The notes below the pieces were generated by a model. The model made no database searches. It saw only the letters and a program-made list of their open reading frames with translations, and had not been told where the DNA came from. A stretch of DNA of 64,000 nucleotides from Candidatus Saccharimonadota bacterium (lineage in GTDB: Bacteria; Patescibacteriota; Saccharimonadia; Saccharimonadales; AWTP1-31), in assembly GCA_026395435.1 (NCBI GenBank), contig JAPLYT010000012.1:86332-150331 (forward strand), in the 5' to 3' direction. Shown here in pieces: positions 56,289-64,000 of this stretch. Positions within the stretch are counted from its first letter, which is position 1. Every line of letters begins with the position of its first letter. The position numbers and the translations under genes are program-made.

Positions 56289-56600
56289 CTAGTCTTGGAT
56301 GTAGTACATTAATTCATTCATTAATGGCAAGACGGGACCCTGCCAAGAGCGAAGAATCTCACCGCTATTACTCAAGGCCAGAATTGCTGGATATCGGACG
56401 ATATCATACAACGATGCCGCAGCTGCCCCATCTCGAGATTCTAGACTAATGAGCTCTAGTTCATGCGATGTTTGACGAGCGAAATCGCGAGCGAAATCTT
56501 CTACAACTCGAGCACTTTCAGAGACTGGATGATAGAGTATTATAACTTTCATATGTATTATTCTAACGCTTTTCACTCGGCGCCCAAAGCCGATATTCAA
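56289..56600 (-). CDS. hypothetical small protein, possibly a thioredoxin-like fold without cysteines
   Basis: A TTG start at 56600 is preceded by AAGGAG; an alternative start is the ATG at 56552 (MKVIILYHP). The beta-alpha-beta pattern and the RYPAIL cis-Pro-like motif resemble Grx/NrdH, but CxxC is absent. Confidence 0.5.
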   Translation of the reverse strand: MNIGFGRRVKSVRIIHMKVIILYHPVSESARVVEDFARDFARQTSHELELISLESRDGAAAASLYDIVRYPAILALSNSGEILRSWQGPVLPLMNELMYYIQD

Positions 56601-56634
56601 AATGCACTCCTTAGGTTAAACACCGAGGAGTGCA
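56598..56634 (-). terminator. hairpin plus U4 after the nrdJ C-terminal ORF
   Basis: 9-bp stem TGCACTCCT / AGGAGTGCA (56603-56611 with 56626-56634) and a 14-nt loop. On the minus strand it is followed by UUUUGAAU. The 3' arm contains the SD of the next ORF. Confidence 0.5.
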
Positions 56635-56662
56635 TCGAATGACCCTATAGGCGTCGCTGAGA

Positions 56663-57148
56663 CTAGCTACAGCCGGTAGTACTTCCGCAAGAAGTACACA
56701 CATAACACGAGCCTGAGCGTTGGGTTTGGTTACCGCAACTATAGCAGAGTGGTGCTGTGTCATCTCCCGACTTCGTACTGGTCTTAACTGAAGTCTCTAC
56801 AGGTGCAGGTACCTCTGACTGCTGTGACGCCTGAGTAGGCTGATCATCGGTCGTCTTTTCTACGAGTAGACTTGTCTGCATGTCAGGCATATCATCGAGC
56901 GATGCGAGTCCGAGCTCTAAACGATCGTCAAACGATAGGTAATCGAGCGCAAGACGACGGATAATATAGTCAGTGATAGAACTTGCGGTTCTAATCTCTA
57001 CATCGTCTGTGATGCCAGCTGGTGCAAAACTTGTGCCTCGCAGCGTCTTGACGTAGCTCTTGAGAGGTACGCCGTATTGTAAGCCGTGGCTTACGCTTAT
57101 AGCGAATGAATCCATGAGCCCAGATAGTGTTGAACCCTGTTTTGACAC
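56663..57148 (-). CDS. nrdJ: class II ribonucleotide reductase, C-terminal segment (frame-shifted relative to the upstream part)
   Basis: SKQGSTLSGLMDSFAISVSHGLQYGVPL is the conserved NrdJ region. The C-terminal tail CYSCGN...CYVCTSCG is a Cys-rich zinc-finger tail. The ORF start is only a GTG with no SD. Confidence 0.85.
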   Translation of the reverse strand: MSKQGSTLSGLMDSFAISVSHGLQYGVPLKSYVKTLRGTSFAPAGITDDVEIRTASSITDYIIRRLALDYLSFDDRLELGLASLDDMPDMQTSLLVEKTTDDQPTQASQQSEVPAPVETSVKTSTKSGDDTAPLCYSCGNQTQRSGSCYVCTSCGSTTGCS

Positions 57149-59388
57149 ATTGATGAACAGCCACTGACCGTGAAGAACCCGCTCAAATCTGCAATATGGA
57201 ACTTATAGGTGCTACTAGTACGTCGTTTTGGAAGTAATCGTCGAACGGTACCTTTTACGATTATCTTATCTTCGATCGAAGAAGCTGCAGGTTTTTCCTC
57301 GGCTCCTTCTTTTTTAGCCATGCTCAGTGGTTGCCCGACTTTACAGTTGTCGCGATAGACGGCAACTGCCTTGAGGCCGAGCTTCCAGGCATCAATATGG
57401 AGTTGCTCAATATCTTCCACTGTAGCGTCTTCTGGCATATTGACGGTCTTACTAATTGCACCAGATAAGAACGGTTGAACTGCCGACATCATCTTGACGT
57501 GGCCAAGGTAATGAATAGAGTTGTCACCCATTGAACAAGCAAAGACTGCTCGGTGTTCTGGCTTCAAATGAGGCGCCCCGGTAATTGTCTTCTCGACATC
57601 TATGTAGGCAATAATCTCATCATTCTGTTTATTAGTGTAGCCAAGTGCCGTAAGTGCTCGAGGGACTGTTTGGTTTACGATATGCATAGTGCCACCACCG
57701 ACTAATTTCTTCACCTTAACAAGTCCGAGATCAGGTTCGATACCGGTAGTGTCACAATCCATCATCAGACCAATTGTGCCTGTAGGAGCCAAGACGCTTG
57801 CTTGTGAGTTACGGACACCATAGAGTTGACCAAGCTCAACAGCCTCATCCCATGAAGATGCAGCAGCACTCAATAGGTCTTCGGCAACGAGGCTAGCGTC
57901 TATTTCTGAAACAGCTTTTCGGTGCTTCTTGAGAACTCTAATCATTCCCTCTTGATCCTTATGGAATCCTGCAAATGGTCCGACACGACGTGCCATACGT
58001 GCACTTGTTGCATAAGCATGACCTGTCATGAGTGCAGTAATTGCAGCTGCTTGAGCTCGACCATCATCTGAATCATATGGAAGTCCTTGAGCCATAAGAA
58101 GCGCTCCCAAGTTGGCGTAACCAAGACCGAGCTCGCGGTATGCTCGAGCATTTTTGTTGATATTCTCTGTTGGGTACTCTGAGTAGCCCACAAGAATTTC
58201 TTGGGCTGTGAACATGAGTTCGACCGTATGCTTGAAAGCTTCGATGTCAAAACTAAAGTCGTCGTTCAAATACTTAAGGAGGTTAATGCTCGAAAGATTA
58301 CATGCCGAGTTATCAAGGTGCATATATTCACTACACGGGTTTGATCCGTTAATCCGTCCAGCGTTGGGCGTTGTGTGCCAGTCGTTAATCGTCGTATCAA
58401 ACTGCATGCCTGGATCAGCACATTCCCATGCTGCCTCTGCAAATTGACGGAATAAATCTCGAGCTTTGATTGTCTTCACGACAGCACCTGATGTGACCGC
58501 CTTCAAGTCCCAATCGGCATCATTCTCTACGGCGATCATAAAATCATCAGATACGCGCATTGAGTTATTAGCATTTTGGTACTGGACCGAGAAAGAATCC
58601 TTACCATCTAGGCTCATGTCAAAACCGAATTCTTGAAGTGCACGAGCTTTTCGCTCTTCGATAGCCTTGCACCAGATGAATTCAAGAATATCTGGATGAT
58701 CTGAATTCAAGATGACCATTTTGGCTGCTCTTCGAGTCTTTCCACCGCTCTTGATTGCTCCAGCAGAGGCATCAGCGCCCCGCATGAAACTTAGTGGACC
58801 AGAAGCAGTACCAGCACTCTTACCGAGCTTTTCAACAGATGAGCGAATATTGCTCAAGTTGATACCAGAACCGGAACCGCCCTTAAAGATCATTCCCTCT
58901 TCTTTATACCAATTCAAAATTGCTGGCATAGTATCTTCTGCGGCCAAAATGAAACAAGCACTCGCCTGCTGCGCGCGGCTTGGTACCCCAATATTGAACC
59001 AAACAGGAGAGTTAAATGCCGCTCGTTGCGTGGCTAATACGTATTTAAGTTCTTGAGTGAAATCTTCAACTTCGTCAGAACTCTCAAAATATCCTTCTTG
59101 CAGACCTTGTCTTGCGACAGTGTCTACGACTCTATCAATAAGATGGCGAAGTGAGGATTCTCGGGTTTTTGTACCCGGTGTGCCAGTAAAATATTTTTGG
59201 GCGACAATATTGATGGCGTTCAAAGACCACCCTTCTGGAAATTCAACGTCTTTTTGTTCGAAGACCGGTTTACCCAGCATCGGATTGACGATAATTGAAT
59301 CTGTCTTGATCCACTTTAATGCATCGTACCCTTTAGTTTTTGGCTGAGTGAACAGCCTCCTGTGACCCAGGATTGTCGTTTGTCCCAT
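57097..59388 (-). CDS. nrdJ: class II (B12-dependent) ribonucleotide reductase, N-terminal 740-aa segment
   Basis: 763-aa ORF with NPCSEY...SACNLSSINL active-site motifs. Homology ends near GFFTV, and the last 22 aa are out-of-frame read-through. Confidence 0.92.
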   Translation of the reverse strand: MGQTTILGHRRLFTQPKTKGYDALKWIKTDSIIVNPMLGKPVFEQKDVEFPEGWSLNAINIVAQKYFTGTPGTKTRESSLRHLIDRVVDTVARQGLQEGYFESSDEVEDFTQELKYVLATQRAAFNSPVWFNIGVPSRAQQASACFILAAEDTMPAILNWYKEEGMIFKGGSGSGINLSNIRSSVEKLGKSAGTASGPLSFMRGADASAGAIKSGGKTRRAAKMVILNSDHPDILEFIWCKAIEERKARALQEFGFDMSLDGKDSFSVQYQNANNSMRVSDDFMIAVENDADWDLKAVTSGAVVKTIKARDLFRQFAEAAWECADPGMQFDTTINDWHTTPNAGRINGSNPCSEYMHLDNSACNLSSINLLKYLNDDFSFDIEAFKHTVELMFTAQEILVGYSEYPTENINKNARAYRELGLGYANLGALLMAQGLPYDSDDGRAQAAAITALMTGHAYATSARMARRVGPFAGFHKDQEGMIRVLKKHRKAVSEIDASLVAEDLLSAAASSWDEAVELGQLYGVRNSQASVLAPTGTIGLMMDCDTTGIEPDLGLVKVKKLVGGGTMHIVNQTVPRALTALGYTNKQNDEIIAYIDVEKTITGAPHLKPEHRAVFACSMGDNSIHYLGHVKMMSAVQPFLSGAISKTVNMPEDATVEDIEQLHIDAWKLGLKAVAVYRDNCKVGQPLSMAKKEGAEEKPAASSIEDKIIVKGTVRRLLPKRRTSSTYKFHIADLSGFFTVSGCSSMCQNRVQHYLGSWIHSL

Positions 59389-59548
59389 AATAGTACCCTC
59401 ACTATTTAGTTATATTTGTTGTTTTTGTTAGAGTTTGCAATTATCGTATGCTCTCACTATACGCTTGCCTGCTCCCCGCTATCCTCTAATACATGGTCGA
59501 TTATACATGCTTATGAACATAGTGGGGAGCCGTCAAAAAAACTACAAA

Positions 59549-60022
59549 TTATTTTTGACGATCTCTGTTTTTTTGGTCTCGAATTTGAGAAAGTTCTTTT
59601 TCGAAGCCTGCAATATCTTTGAACCGACGATACACGCTGGCGAATCGTACATAGGCCACTTCATCGAGTAATGCGAGTCTGTCCATGACAAGTTGACCTA
59701 TTTTAGATGTTGGAACTTCTGAGTCGCTAGAGTTATATAATTCATGTTCAACTTCAGACACTAGTCGTTCAAGATCAAAACTAGCTACTGCTGTTTTTTC
59801 ACACGCCCTATACAATCCACCGAGAAGTTTATCTCTATTGAAAATCTCACGAATACCGTTGTTCTTCACGACGATAAGTTGCGGGCGTTCAATGCGTTCA
59901 TATGTCGTAAAACGGTAACTGCATTTCAGACATGCTCTTCTTCTGCGAATTGCTTCGCCATCAGATACATCTCTGGATTCAATTACTTTTGTCTCTACTT
60001 GCTGGCATTGGCTACACTTCAT
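59549..60022 (-). CDS. nrdR: transcriptional repressor NrdR
   Basis: MKCSQCQ...CLKC zinc ribbon plus an ATP-cone. I prefer the start at 60022; the track ORF adds 14 aa up to 60064. Confidence 0.92.
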   Translation of the reverse strand: MKCSQCQQVETKVIESRDVSDGEAIRRRRACLKCSYRFTTYERIERPQLIVVKNNGIREIFNRDKLLGGLYRACEKTAVASFDLERLVSEVEHELYNSSDSEVPTSKIGQLVMDRLALLDEVAYVRFASVYRRFKDIAGFEKELSQIRDQKNRDRQK

Positions 60023-60073
60023 GTTCTCAACTCTCTCATATTCAATCTCAATGTACAATGGCACTGATACATA

Positions 60074-60129
60074 CTACTATATATAGCGTCTATGCTTACT
60101 ATCATAGCTATAGCTATAGCGTAATGCAA
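60074..60129 (-). promoter_or_regulatory. promoter TTGCAT-N17-TATGAT with two NrdR-box-like palindromes
   Basis: The -35 is at 60129-60124 and the -10 at 60106-60101 (minus strand). The palindrome CTATAGCTATAG (60108-60119) sits in the spacer. CTACTATATATAGCGT (60074-60089) resembles the acaCwAtATaTwGtgt consensus. The box centres are 32 bp apart. Confidence 0.55.
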
Positions 60130-60188
60130 GTGTATTGTTGCTGTAATATTTAATACGCTCCTGCCCACTCATAAGGGATAGTCTGGTC

Positions 60189-61457
60189 TTATGCGTTAGT
60201 ATCGTCTTTATTAGAACGACGATTCTTGAGTCGTCGTAAGAACGATGGCTTCTCAAGTTCATCCTCTTCAATAGCTGGTTGGTTATCTGATTCGTCAGTG
60301 TTCGTATCTTCGGCGTGATCTATTGACCAAATATTTGGGATTGATGGCTCACTATGAAAATCATGACTTTCACTACTGTCGCTCATTGGCTCACTGAGAT
60401 TCATGTCAATATTTGAAACATCTTCTGATTCGTCTGATTTCTTTACAGGTTCAGATGATTCTTTAGCCGATGGTTCTATTTTTTTAGCTTGTTTCGTAAA
60501 ATAGGTTGCGTCGAAACCGGTAGCAACAACCGTCACGATTAGTTCGCCGACTATATCAGGGTTAATGGTGGCACCAAATATAATATTGGCATCAGGATCT
60601 GCGGCTGCTGTAATAGTTTCGGCCGCAGTATTAATCTCATGCATTGAGATATCATTGCCGCCAATAATATTAAACAGAACACCACGAGCTCCATCGATAG
60701 AAACCTCTAAGAGTGGCGATTCAATAGCCTGTTGTGCAGCTTGAATTGCTCGGTTATCGCCACTCGCCCGCCCAATACCCATAAGGGCTGTTCCTGCATT
60801 ACTCATGACAGTTTTAACATCGGCAAAATCGAGGTTTATAAGTCCATGAACCGTAATTAAGTCTGAAATTCCCTGGACACCCTGTCGAAGCACGTCGTCG
60901 GCAACTTTAAAAGCTTCTAGAAGCGGTGTTTGTCTATCGATTGTTTGCAATAGTCTATCATTTGGAATGATTATAAGTGTGTCGACACTACCACGCAGAT
61001 TATCAATTGCTGTCTCAGCATTTTTACGTCTGCGCTCTCCTTCAAAAGCAAACGGTTTTGTTGCAAAAGCAACGACTAAAATATCGAGTTCTTTGGCGAC
61101 TTCAGCAACGACATGACCAGCGCCACTACCAGTCCCGCCACCGGCACCGAGTGTTATAAACACCATATCAGCACCTTCTATCGCTTTTTTGATGTCATCA
61201 CGAGATTCGATAGCCGCTTTTTCTCCGATGCTCGGATCTGCACCGGCACCGAGCCCCCTAGTAGTGTCTTTGCCAATGTGAATCTTTGTAGATGCTTTAG
61301 AGAAATGAAGAGCTTGTGCGTCAGTATTGACTACGATAAACTCTACGCCGTCTACCCCTGATTCAATCATGCGATTAACTGCAGCGCCGCCAGCGCCACC
61401 GACGCCAACAACTTTAATTCGTGCAAATGTTTCTATTACTGGAGCGACTTGTGGCAT
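60189..61457 (-). CDS. ftsZ: cell division protein FtsZ
   Basis: [13 protein letters not shown] and GGGTGSG motifs, an acidic linker and a C-terminal peptide, KPSFLRRL. I prefer the start at MPQVAP (61457); the track ORF extends to 61529. Confidence 0.96.
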   Translation of the reverse strand: MPQVAPVIETFARIKVVGVGGAGGAAVNRMIESGVDGVEFIVVNTDAQALHFSKASTKIHIGKDTTRGLGAGADPSIGEKAAIESRDDIKKAIEGADMVFITLGAGGGTGSGAGHVVAEVAKELDILVVAFATKPFAFEGERRRKNAETAIDNLRGSVDTLIIIPNDRLLQTIDRQTPLLEAFKVADDVLRQGVQGISDLITVHGLINLDFADVKTVMSNAGTALMGIGRASGDNRAIQAAQQAIESPLLEVSIDGARGVLFNIIGGNDISMHEINTAAETITAAADPDANIIFGATINPDIVGELIVTVVATGFDATYFTKQAKKIEPSAKESSEPVKKSDESEDVSNIDMNLSEPMSDSSESHDFHSEPSIPNIWSIDHAEDTNTDESDNQPAIEEDELEKPSFLRRLKNRRSNKDDTNA

Positions 61458-61585
61458 TGTATATTCCTTGAACTCATTCTTTATTACATCAAAAGTATAC
61501 TTCAATATGCAAACTCTATCAATGAACAACTATTGAACTCCGCTAGGTCCTGATGCTAGCTGTGTACATATTAATTGTGTGCAGA

Positions 61586-62821
61586 TTACTTACGAAAACG
61601 CTTCAACATACCGTCAAAGAGGTTAGAAACATCGATTACTGATTTGCTTTGGCTCTCAGACTCTTGTGTACCACCAAGCAACATGTCTAACTGCATAAGC
61701 CCTACTGCACTAAACGATGCTGGATCTTGAATGGAATCCATAATTCCCGCAATTGGCTGGAGCTTGCCTACACGAGCCGCCAATTCAAGCTTATCTTTAG
61801 CAAAATCAGCTATGCCAGGTAGTTTCGCCGTTCCTCCGACAAGTACGACTCCCCCTGGCAGTTTACGTGAACGTTGAATTCTCTTTAATTCCTTATCGAC
61901 ATACTCAAAAAGCTCATCTACTCGTGCTTCAATAATCATATGGACTTCTTCAGCGTCAAATTCATATCTGTTTTTTTGGACAATCACTGAAATCGGTCCG
62001 TTTTTAGAATACTTTCCGAGTCCACCATGTTGTAGTTTTACGATTTCCGCTATATCAAGATCAGTCTTGAGACCTATCGCTAAGTCATTCGTAATATTCA
62101 TTCCTCCAATTGGTAGTACCGCGACGTGTTGCACTTCACCTTCCTCTAAGACAACGAGATTTGTCGTTCCGAGGCCAATATCAATGAGGACAGTTCCTGA
62201 TTCCTTTTGCTGGCGCGTCAATACAACTTCTGCAGCAGCAAGACTAGAAATCGTATGGTGCGAAGTCCGTACATTAGCTTTTTCTAGAACAAGATCAAGA
62301 CTTCGAAGAGCCGGAGTCGATGCGGTAACGATATGAGTATCTACTTCAAGGCGCACACCCTGCATTCCAACGGGGTCTTTTATATTATCGTGGCCATCTA
62401 GACGGTAATTCTTGGCAAATACTTGGATAATTTCACGATTAGGTGGAAGCTTTACGATAGTTGCTGCTTCTTCGACACGCATTCTATCGTCGACGGTTAT
62501 TTCGCGATTACCGGCACTAATCGCAATAACCCCTCTTGAGTTAGTACCTTGAACTTGTGCACCATTAACATTAATCGTTGCTGCTCCTACATGCACACCA
62601 GAAACTCTTTCTGCTTCCGTTATCGCCTGTATAACCGCGTCGACGACATCATCAACCCGTACAACCACACCTTTTCTCATGCCACTATTTGGAGAACTCC
62701 CAAAGCCGATAACCGATAAAATACTTGTTTCGTCTTGGGTTTCGAGCGATCCGATGACACATCGGACAGTGCCACTACCTATGTCTATACCGATATAATT
62801 CTGTGAGTTTTGTTCACGCAT
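61586..62821 (-). CDS. ftsA: cell division protein FtsA
   Basis: 411-aa actin-like ATPase (GIDIGSGTV, VLIDIGLGTT, GGTAKLPG) with a C-terminal amphipathic helix, LFDGMLKRFRK. Confidence 0.93.
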   Translation of the reverse strand: MREQNSQNYIGIDIGSGTVRCVIGSLETQDETSILSVIGFGSSPNSGMRKGVVVRVDDVVDAVIQAITEAERVSGVHVGAATINVNGAQVQGTNSRGVIAISAGNREITVDDRMRVEEAATIVKLPPNREIIQVFAKNYRLDGHDNIKDPVGMQGVRLEVDTHIVTASTPALRSLDLVLEKANVRTSHHTISSLAAAEVVLTRQQKESGTVLIDIGLGTTNLVVLEEGEVQHVAVLPIGGMNITNDLAIGLKTDLDIAEIVKLQHGGLGKYSKNGPISVIVQKNRYEFDAEEVHMIIEARVDELFEYVDKELKRIQRSRKLPGGVVLVGGTAKLPGIADFAKDKLELAARVGKLQPIAGIMDSIQDPASFSAVGLMQLDMLLGGTQESESQSKSVIDVSNLFDGMLKRFRK

Positions 62822-62862
62822 AATACAAAGTATACCGCTTGTGTATTGTACTCACAAGAAAT

Positions 62863-63618
62863 CTATATTTTTGTTAAGATTTCATACCCGTCTTGAGTGA
62901 TCAAAATTGTGTGTTCGAAGTGAGCAGAGTCTGAAGAGTCTTGTGTTCGGATGGTCCATCCGTCACTGTCGGTTACTACTGCATAACCACCCAGTGTAGC
63001 CATAGGTTCTATGGCGATCGTCATGCCAGCCTTAAGTATCATCCCTGTATCTGACTTTCCGTAGTTAGGTATATTAGGTTCTTCATGAAGTTCGTGCCCT
63101 ACACCATGCCCAACTAAGTCGCGTACAATACCGTAATGATGTTTATTTAACACTTTTTCTATAGCGTTTGATATTGTTCCTACTCGAACACCATCTCGAA
63201 GGGTTTCAATACCTGCGAGCAAAGCTTCTTCGGTAATAGCAACGAGTTTACGTCGCGACGTTTTTTCTGTAGTGCCAACAACAACACTTATTGCGGCATC
63301 CGTTATCATTCCGTCCAGCTTGACGCCAAAGTCCATACTGACAATATCACCGTCTTCTATGATCTTGTTTGCCTGAGGTATGCCATGTACTACCTCATCA
63401 TTTAATGAGATACAGAGCACATCCGGAAAGCCATACATACCTAAGAATGCAGGCTTACCCCCAACCCTGGCTAATTCGTCACGAGCGATATCGGCAACTT
63501 CTTTTGTGCTCATTCCTACTTCAACAGTATTCCTAAGATGATTTAAAACGTGCCCTAGTCTCTGGCCACTTTGTCGCATTGCGATAATTTCGCTCTTTGT
63601 TTTTACACGAGTAATCAT
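62863..63618 (-). CDS. map: type I methionine aminopeptidase
   Basis: 251-aa ORF with metal ligands in the contexts DIVSMDFG, GHGVG, EPM and FEHT. Confidence 0.95.
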   Translation of the reverse strand: MITRVKTKSEIIAMRQSGQRLGHVLNHLRNTVEVGMSTKEVADIARDELARVGGKPAFLGMYGFPDVLCISLNDEVVHGIPQANKIIEDGDIVSMDFGVKLDGMITDAAISVVVGTTEKTSRRKLVAITEEALLAGIETLRDGVRVGTISNAIEKVLNKHHYGIVRDLVGHGVGHELHEEPNIPNYGKSDTGMILKAGMTIAIEPMATLGGYAVVTDSDGWTIRTQDSSDSAHFEHTILITQDGYEILTKI

Positions 63619-64000
63619 GCTTGTATCGTTTTATCTTTTAAAACTGAGAGTATCTGTGATTGTACTTCCTTAACTGGTTTTGATCCATCGATATCAAAGA
63701 TAGGGACCCCAGCAGCAGTAAAATGTTGCAGTATTGGCTTAGCTGCTTGATCATATTCGCTCAGTCTCTCTGCGATAGCCTCAATAGTGTCGTCTGGACG
63801 GCCACGTGATAGCAACCGCTCATGTACAGCCTCCTTGGAAACTACAAGATGAATCACTGCAGTCGCATGTAGCTGACCGTGTTTTATTTGCCCTATCAGC
63901 CAGTCGGCTTGCGCAGTCGTACGAGGGAACCCATCAAGAATAAATTCTTTACTTGGATCAATGATTGTAAAAATTCTTTGTACGAGCGCAATAATCTCAT
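63615..64000 (-). CDS. adk: adenylate kinase (5' end beyond the right edge)
   Basis: The frame is open from position 64000: ...KEFILDGFPRTTAQADWL...GRPDD. The GTG at 63857 in the ORF track is internal. It has a short lid with no cysteines. Confidence 0.85.
   Translation of the reverse strand, partial: EIIALVQRIFTIIDPSKEFILDGFPRTTAQADWLIGQIKHGQLHATAVIHLVVSKEAVHERLLSRGRPDDTIEAIAERLSEYDQAAKPILQHFTAAGVPIFDIDGSKPVKEVQSQILSVLKDKTIQA

Noticed and set aside
59389-59548. NrdR boxes or a cobalamin riboswitch in the nrdR-nrdJ intergenic region
   Set aside because: Only half-site-like matches are present (CACTATTTAGT, CACTATACGC), at a non-canonical 55-bp spacing. I saw no B12-box-like sequence, and B12 riboswitches are not expected on the B12-dependent isozyme. 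The 7-bp inverted repeat GCTCCCC/GGGGAGC and the A/U-rich hairpin at 59531-59560 are noted but unexplained.

Overview
This is a 64-kb slice of a small, tightly packed, moderately AT-rich bacterial chromosome. Gene content and order resemble a Candidate Phyla Radiation (Patescibacteria) genome, most plausibly Saccharibacteria. That placement is an inference from reduced core operons, an archaeal-type ProRS, a type-2 IleRS, a heliorhodopsin and the near absence of biosynthetic genes. I support about 66 protein genes, roughly 85 percent of them on the minus strand. The genetic code is standard: RF1 and RF2 are both present, and TGA terminates serS in an ATGA overlap with hpf. I found no rRNA, tRNA, CRISPR array or mobile element. 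The content is almost all housekeeping:
- Translation: five aminoacyl-tRNA synthetases (glyQS, serS, lysS, proS, ileS), rpsB-tsf-frr, prfA-prmC, prfB, rpmA, rplU, rpmE, hpf and greA.
- Division and envelope: mraZ-rsmH, ftsEX with a PcsB-like CHAP hydrolase and an S41 peptidase, and ftsA-ftsZ.
- Other core functions: secA, lepB, rseP, uppS, parAB, xseAB, recO, rnhA, pyrG, nrdR-nrdJ and map-adk.

Observations worth a second look:
1. A leaderless 22-codon ORF carrying Pro-Pro-Ala-Pro, with mutually exclusive antiterminator and terminator pairings, sits upstream of an unknown gene plus proS. This is a candidate proline-sensing leader-peptide attenuator.
2. A heliorhodopsin gene (32292-33101).
3. 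A two-gene cassette of a possibly KwaB/DUF4868-like protein plus an NYN nuclease, with no KwaA-like partner.
4. A class II ribonucleotide reductase split by a single-nucleotide frame change.
5. A histidine-kinase-like and receiver-like pair in which both phospho-sites are Glu.
6. An ileS T-box with a terminal-loop specifier and an unusual expression platform.
7. An orphan, AT-rich HExxH protein.
8. MraZ-type GTGGGTA repeats next to DnaA-box 9-mers.
9. A recurring -10 hexamer 6-8 nt before ATG, suggesting leaderless mRNAs.

All family calls rest on motif recognition by eye; no database search was possible.
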